Shown: piece after piece, positions 61,661 to 64,000 of the stretch
Numbering within the stretch: position 1 is the stretch's first letter
How the letters are laid out: each line of letters starts with the position of its first letter
Assembly (NCBI GenBank): GCA_963702425.1
Contig: CAVPCQ010000012.1
Span: forward strand, 160,001-224,000
Source: an uncultured Acidobacteriota bacterium
GTDB lineage: Bacteria; Acidobacteriota; Polarisedimenticolia; J045
Direction: 5' to 3'
Length of the DNA: 64,000 nucleotides
Translations under genes and position numbers: made by a program
The notes under the pieces: model-generated
The model's database searches: none
Told to the model about the DNA's origin: nothing
The model's input: only the letters and a program-made list of their open reading frames with translations

Positions 61661-62881
61661 ATGCGAAAGCCGCTCGTGCTCGCCCTCGCCGTCCTCTGCG
61701 CGGCCGCGCTCTCCGCGCTCGCCCAGGAGGAGCCCGGCACGGCCGACGTCAAAGCGATCCTGGCCGAAGCCAACTCGGCGTTGCAGGCCAAGGACTACAA
61801 CAAGGCCTACGACCTCGCCTCGAAGGTCGCCGACGCCAATCCGAAACAGGCCGGGGCGCGCTTCATCGCCGGCGCCGCCGCGTTGAACCTGCGCCAGGTG
61901 GATGCCGCGGACAAGTACCTGCGCGAGGCCTGGGCGCAGAAGCCGGACATGCCGTGGCTGGCGCTCTGGATGGGTCAGTTGGCGATGCTGGAAGGCGACG
62001 GGGCCGTCCGCGAGGGGAAAGACGAGCAGGCCCTCGCGTACTACAACGAGGCGGTCGGCTATTTCGACACCGAGGCCAGGAACCGGCCGGGCAACCCCGG
62101 GCCGCTGACCAACAAGGCGCAGGCGCTCTCGAAGGCCAACCGCCTTCCCGAGTCGATCGCGACCTATGAAGAGCTGATCAAGCTGAACCCGGCGACGCCG
62201 GACAACTACCTGGCAGCGGCCGAGGTCTACATCCAGGGCGGTCAGACCGACAAGGCGATCGAAATGGTCAAGCGCGTCCCGACGACCGACAAGGCCGCGG
62301 CGGCGCGCGCGATCACGAAGTGGGGCGATGCGCTCTTCCAGCAGGGGCTGATGGACGTCGTGGTGCCGATCATGGAGTACGCGCACCAGCTCGATCCGAG
62401 CTACACCCTGCCCTGCGGGAAGCTGGTCACGGCCTACCTGCAGCTGGGCCACCCGCCGGAGGCCTGGGAGCGCCTGACGGAGTTCCTCTCGCACAACCCG
62501 CCTGCCGACGAGGTGACCGCGGTGGGCGACGCCACGCTCTCCTTCCTGCGCCGCCGCGGCAACCCCCTCGAAGCGCTCCCGCCGGACGAGGATGGGATCG
62601 TGCTCCCCTACCTCGACAACCTCGCCCGGCCCAAGGTTCCCGCCGCCGCGCGCCAGGCGCGGGTGGACGCCGCGGTTCCGTTGCTGGTTCAGGTCGGAGC
62701 CGACGGCAAGATCCTGAACGTGCAGGTGATTCCCACCTCGAGTACCGCCAACAACAAGGAGCTGGGGCTCGACGCGGCCGCCCTCGACACCGTGAACCGC
62801 TCGCGCTTCAAGCCGGGCAAGCAGAACGGCAAGGCTGCGGCGTTCCCCGTCGGGGTGATGATCGAGTTCAAGCCTTCGTGA
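61661..62881 (+). CDS. Secreted TPR protein with C-terminal TonB-like domain
   Basis: Signal peptide; multiple TPRs; P..ARQARV...V.VGADG...LDAAAL..V.R.RFKPG.QNGK...V.IEF. Confidence 0.82.
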   Translation: MRKPLVLALAVLCAAALSALAQEEPGTADVKAILAEANSALQAKDYNKAYDLASKVADANPKQAGARFIAGAAALNLRQVDAADKYLREAWAQKPDMPWLALWMGQLAMLEGDGAVREGKDEQALAYYNEAVGYFDTEARNRPGNPGPLTNKAQALSKANRLPESIATYEELIKLNPATPDNYLAAAEVYIQGGQTDKAIEMVKRVPTTDKAAAARAITKWGDALFQQGLMDVVVPIMEYAHQLDPSYTLPCGKLVTAYLQLGHPPEAWERLTEFLSHNPPADEVTAVGDATLSFLRRRGNPLEALPPDEDGIVLPYLDNLARPKVPAAARQARVDAAVPLLVQVGADGKILNVQVIPTSSTANNKELGLDAAALDTVNRSRFKPGKQNGKAAAFPVGVMIEFKPS

Positions 62882-62948
62882 GATGCGCCGGGCCGGCCCT
62901 CATCGGGCCGGCCCGGGAACCGACGACCTCGCGACGTCGCGCCCGGCT

Positions 62949-63737
62949 TCAGCTCAGCGGCGGCGGCTGCGCCACGGACGACTTCTCGCGCAGCTTCTGC
63001 TCCATCTCGCGCAGCTTCTGCTCGAGCTCTTCCATCTTGCGCTCCAGCTCCCTGGCCTTGCTCTCGTCGAGCTGGAACTGGTGCTGCTGGAATTGCTCCG
63101 TGATCTCCTTGAGGTGCTCGGCGTCGATCTCCGGGAGCTGGAGCGGGAGGCGCTCCCCATCCTCGTCCCAGAGCATGAGCGAGCCGACGTCGAACTGCGG
63201 CGTCTCGCGCTCGGCCACGACTGCCGTGACGGACTGGGTGCGCCCGTCGCGCAGGAGTTCGAGCCGGACCGACTCGCCCTTCTTCTTCTCGCGCACGAGC
63301 CGCCGCACGTCCCACGCGCCTTCCACCTTGCTCCCGTCGACCGCGACCAGGATGTCGCCGACCGCGACCCCTGCCGCGGCCGCGGGACTCCCCTCCTCGA
63401 CCCGGGAGATCATGACGCCGACCCCCTCGGAGGCCCCGAAGTGGCGGCGCAGCTCGGGCGTCAGGTCAAGCAGCGCGACGCCGACGTAGCCGCGCGGTAT
63501 CGCGTCGAGGCTGCGTCCCGGGAACTTGCCCGAGAACGTCTTCTCCCCGTCGCGCCCGAGGAAGACGAACTCACGCTCCGCCCGGCCTTTTTCGCCGGGG
63601 GCCTGGACGACGACGACCCGCTCCTTGTGCTTCACGGCCGGCGAGGGGGCCTTCTCGTCGGCGCCGGCAGCGGTGGACGGGGCGGCGGCGAGGACGGTGG
63701 CCGCGATCAGCCCGGCCATGATGGTGCTCTTCGACAT
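62949..63737 (-). CDS. Secreted PDZ-domain protein with coiled-coil tail
   Basis: Signal peptide; GYVGVALLDLTPELR...GVMISRVEEGSPAAAAG..VGDIL.AVDG; ELERKMEELEQKLREMEQKL. Confidence 0.88.
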   Translation of the reverse strand: MSKSTIMAGLIAATVLAAAPSTAAGADEKAPSPAVKHKERVVVVQAPGEKGRAEREFVFLGRDGEKTFSGKFPGRSLDAIPRGYVGVALLDLTPELRRHFGASEGVGVMISRVEEGSPAAAAGVAVGDILVAVDGSKVEGAWDVRRLVREKKKGESVRLELLRDGRTQSVTAVVAERETPQFDVGSLMLWDEDGERLPLQLPEIDAEHLKEITEQFQQHQFQLDESKARELERKMEELEQKLREMEQKLREKSSVAQPPPLS

Positions 63738-63758
63738 CGTGTGCTCCTTTCGTTCCAA

Positions 63759-64000
63759 TCAACGCTCGACGCGCCCGGAAGTTCGCTGGACCCCCGGGCG
63801 AGATCGTGACGCCCGCGCGAGCCGGTCGAGATCGATCACCAGCTCGCCGCGATCGTCGCCCCCGATCACCAGGACCGGGGCCCCCGAGGCGGGGCTCCGA
63901 CGCAGCGTCGCGAGCTCGGCCGCGAGGCGCGCGTGCTCGACCTGCATCACGGCCAGCTCGGCCCGCGCAGCGTCGGTGCGGCGCTCAGCCCGTCGCTCCG
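63759..64000 (-). CDS. C-terminal end of a hypothetical protein (truncated by window edge)
   Basis: Open frame to the edge: coiled-coil ...HARLAAELATLRR...PVLVIGGDDRGELVIDL. Confidence 0.5.
   Translation of the reverse strand, partial: ERRAERRTDAARAELAVMQVEHARLAAELATLRRSPASGAPVLVIGGDDRGELVIDLDRLARASRSRPGVQRTSGRVER

Overview
64 kb of very high-GC bacterial chromosome, probably an uncultured Acidobacteriota-like lineage (inferred from gene content only). It is mostly housekeeping and envelope genes: glmS 3' end, uvrD/pcrA, sppA, tRNA(CAT), the tilS-hpt-ftsH-folP-cdaA-cdaR-glmM-pdxJ cluster, dusA, a second glmS, glyA, yhbY, a TetR/ABC efflux module and ctaA/ctaB. Many secreted proteins are also present (carboxypeptidase-regulatory repeats, GH43, M43 and S9 peptidases, a VPS10/BNR propeller, TPR-TonB, PDZ). 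About ten single-base frameshifts in otherwise intact genes point to long-read assembly errors rather than pseudogenes. I found no integrase, transposase, prophage, CRISPR array or recognisable defence system, and no unambiguous new multi-gene system. The best leads are: (i) a GTAG-type REP family (9 copies), one doublet of which supplies the stop codons of both flanking genes; (ii) a ~255-bp multi-hairpin element after sppA; (iii) a probable deletion-fused MNT-HEPN toxin-antitoxin remnant beside the tRNA; (iv) a coupled DUF5674 + helical protein pair of unknown function; (v) a ctaA/ctaB/DUF3179 locus in which both CtaA and DUF3179 lack their usual cysteines; (vi) a Cys-containing C-terminal domain on the GH43 that may be a sorting signal; (vii) five genes with an identical leaderless-promoter geometry.
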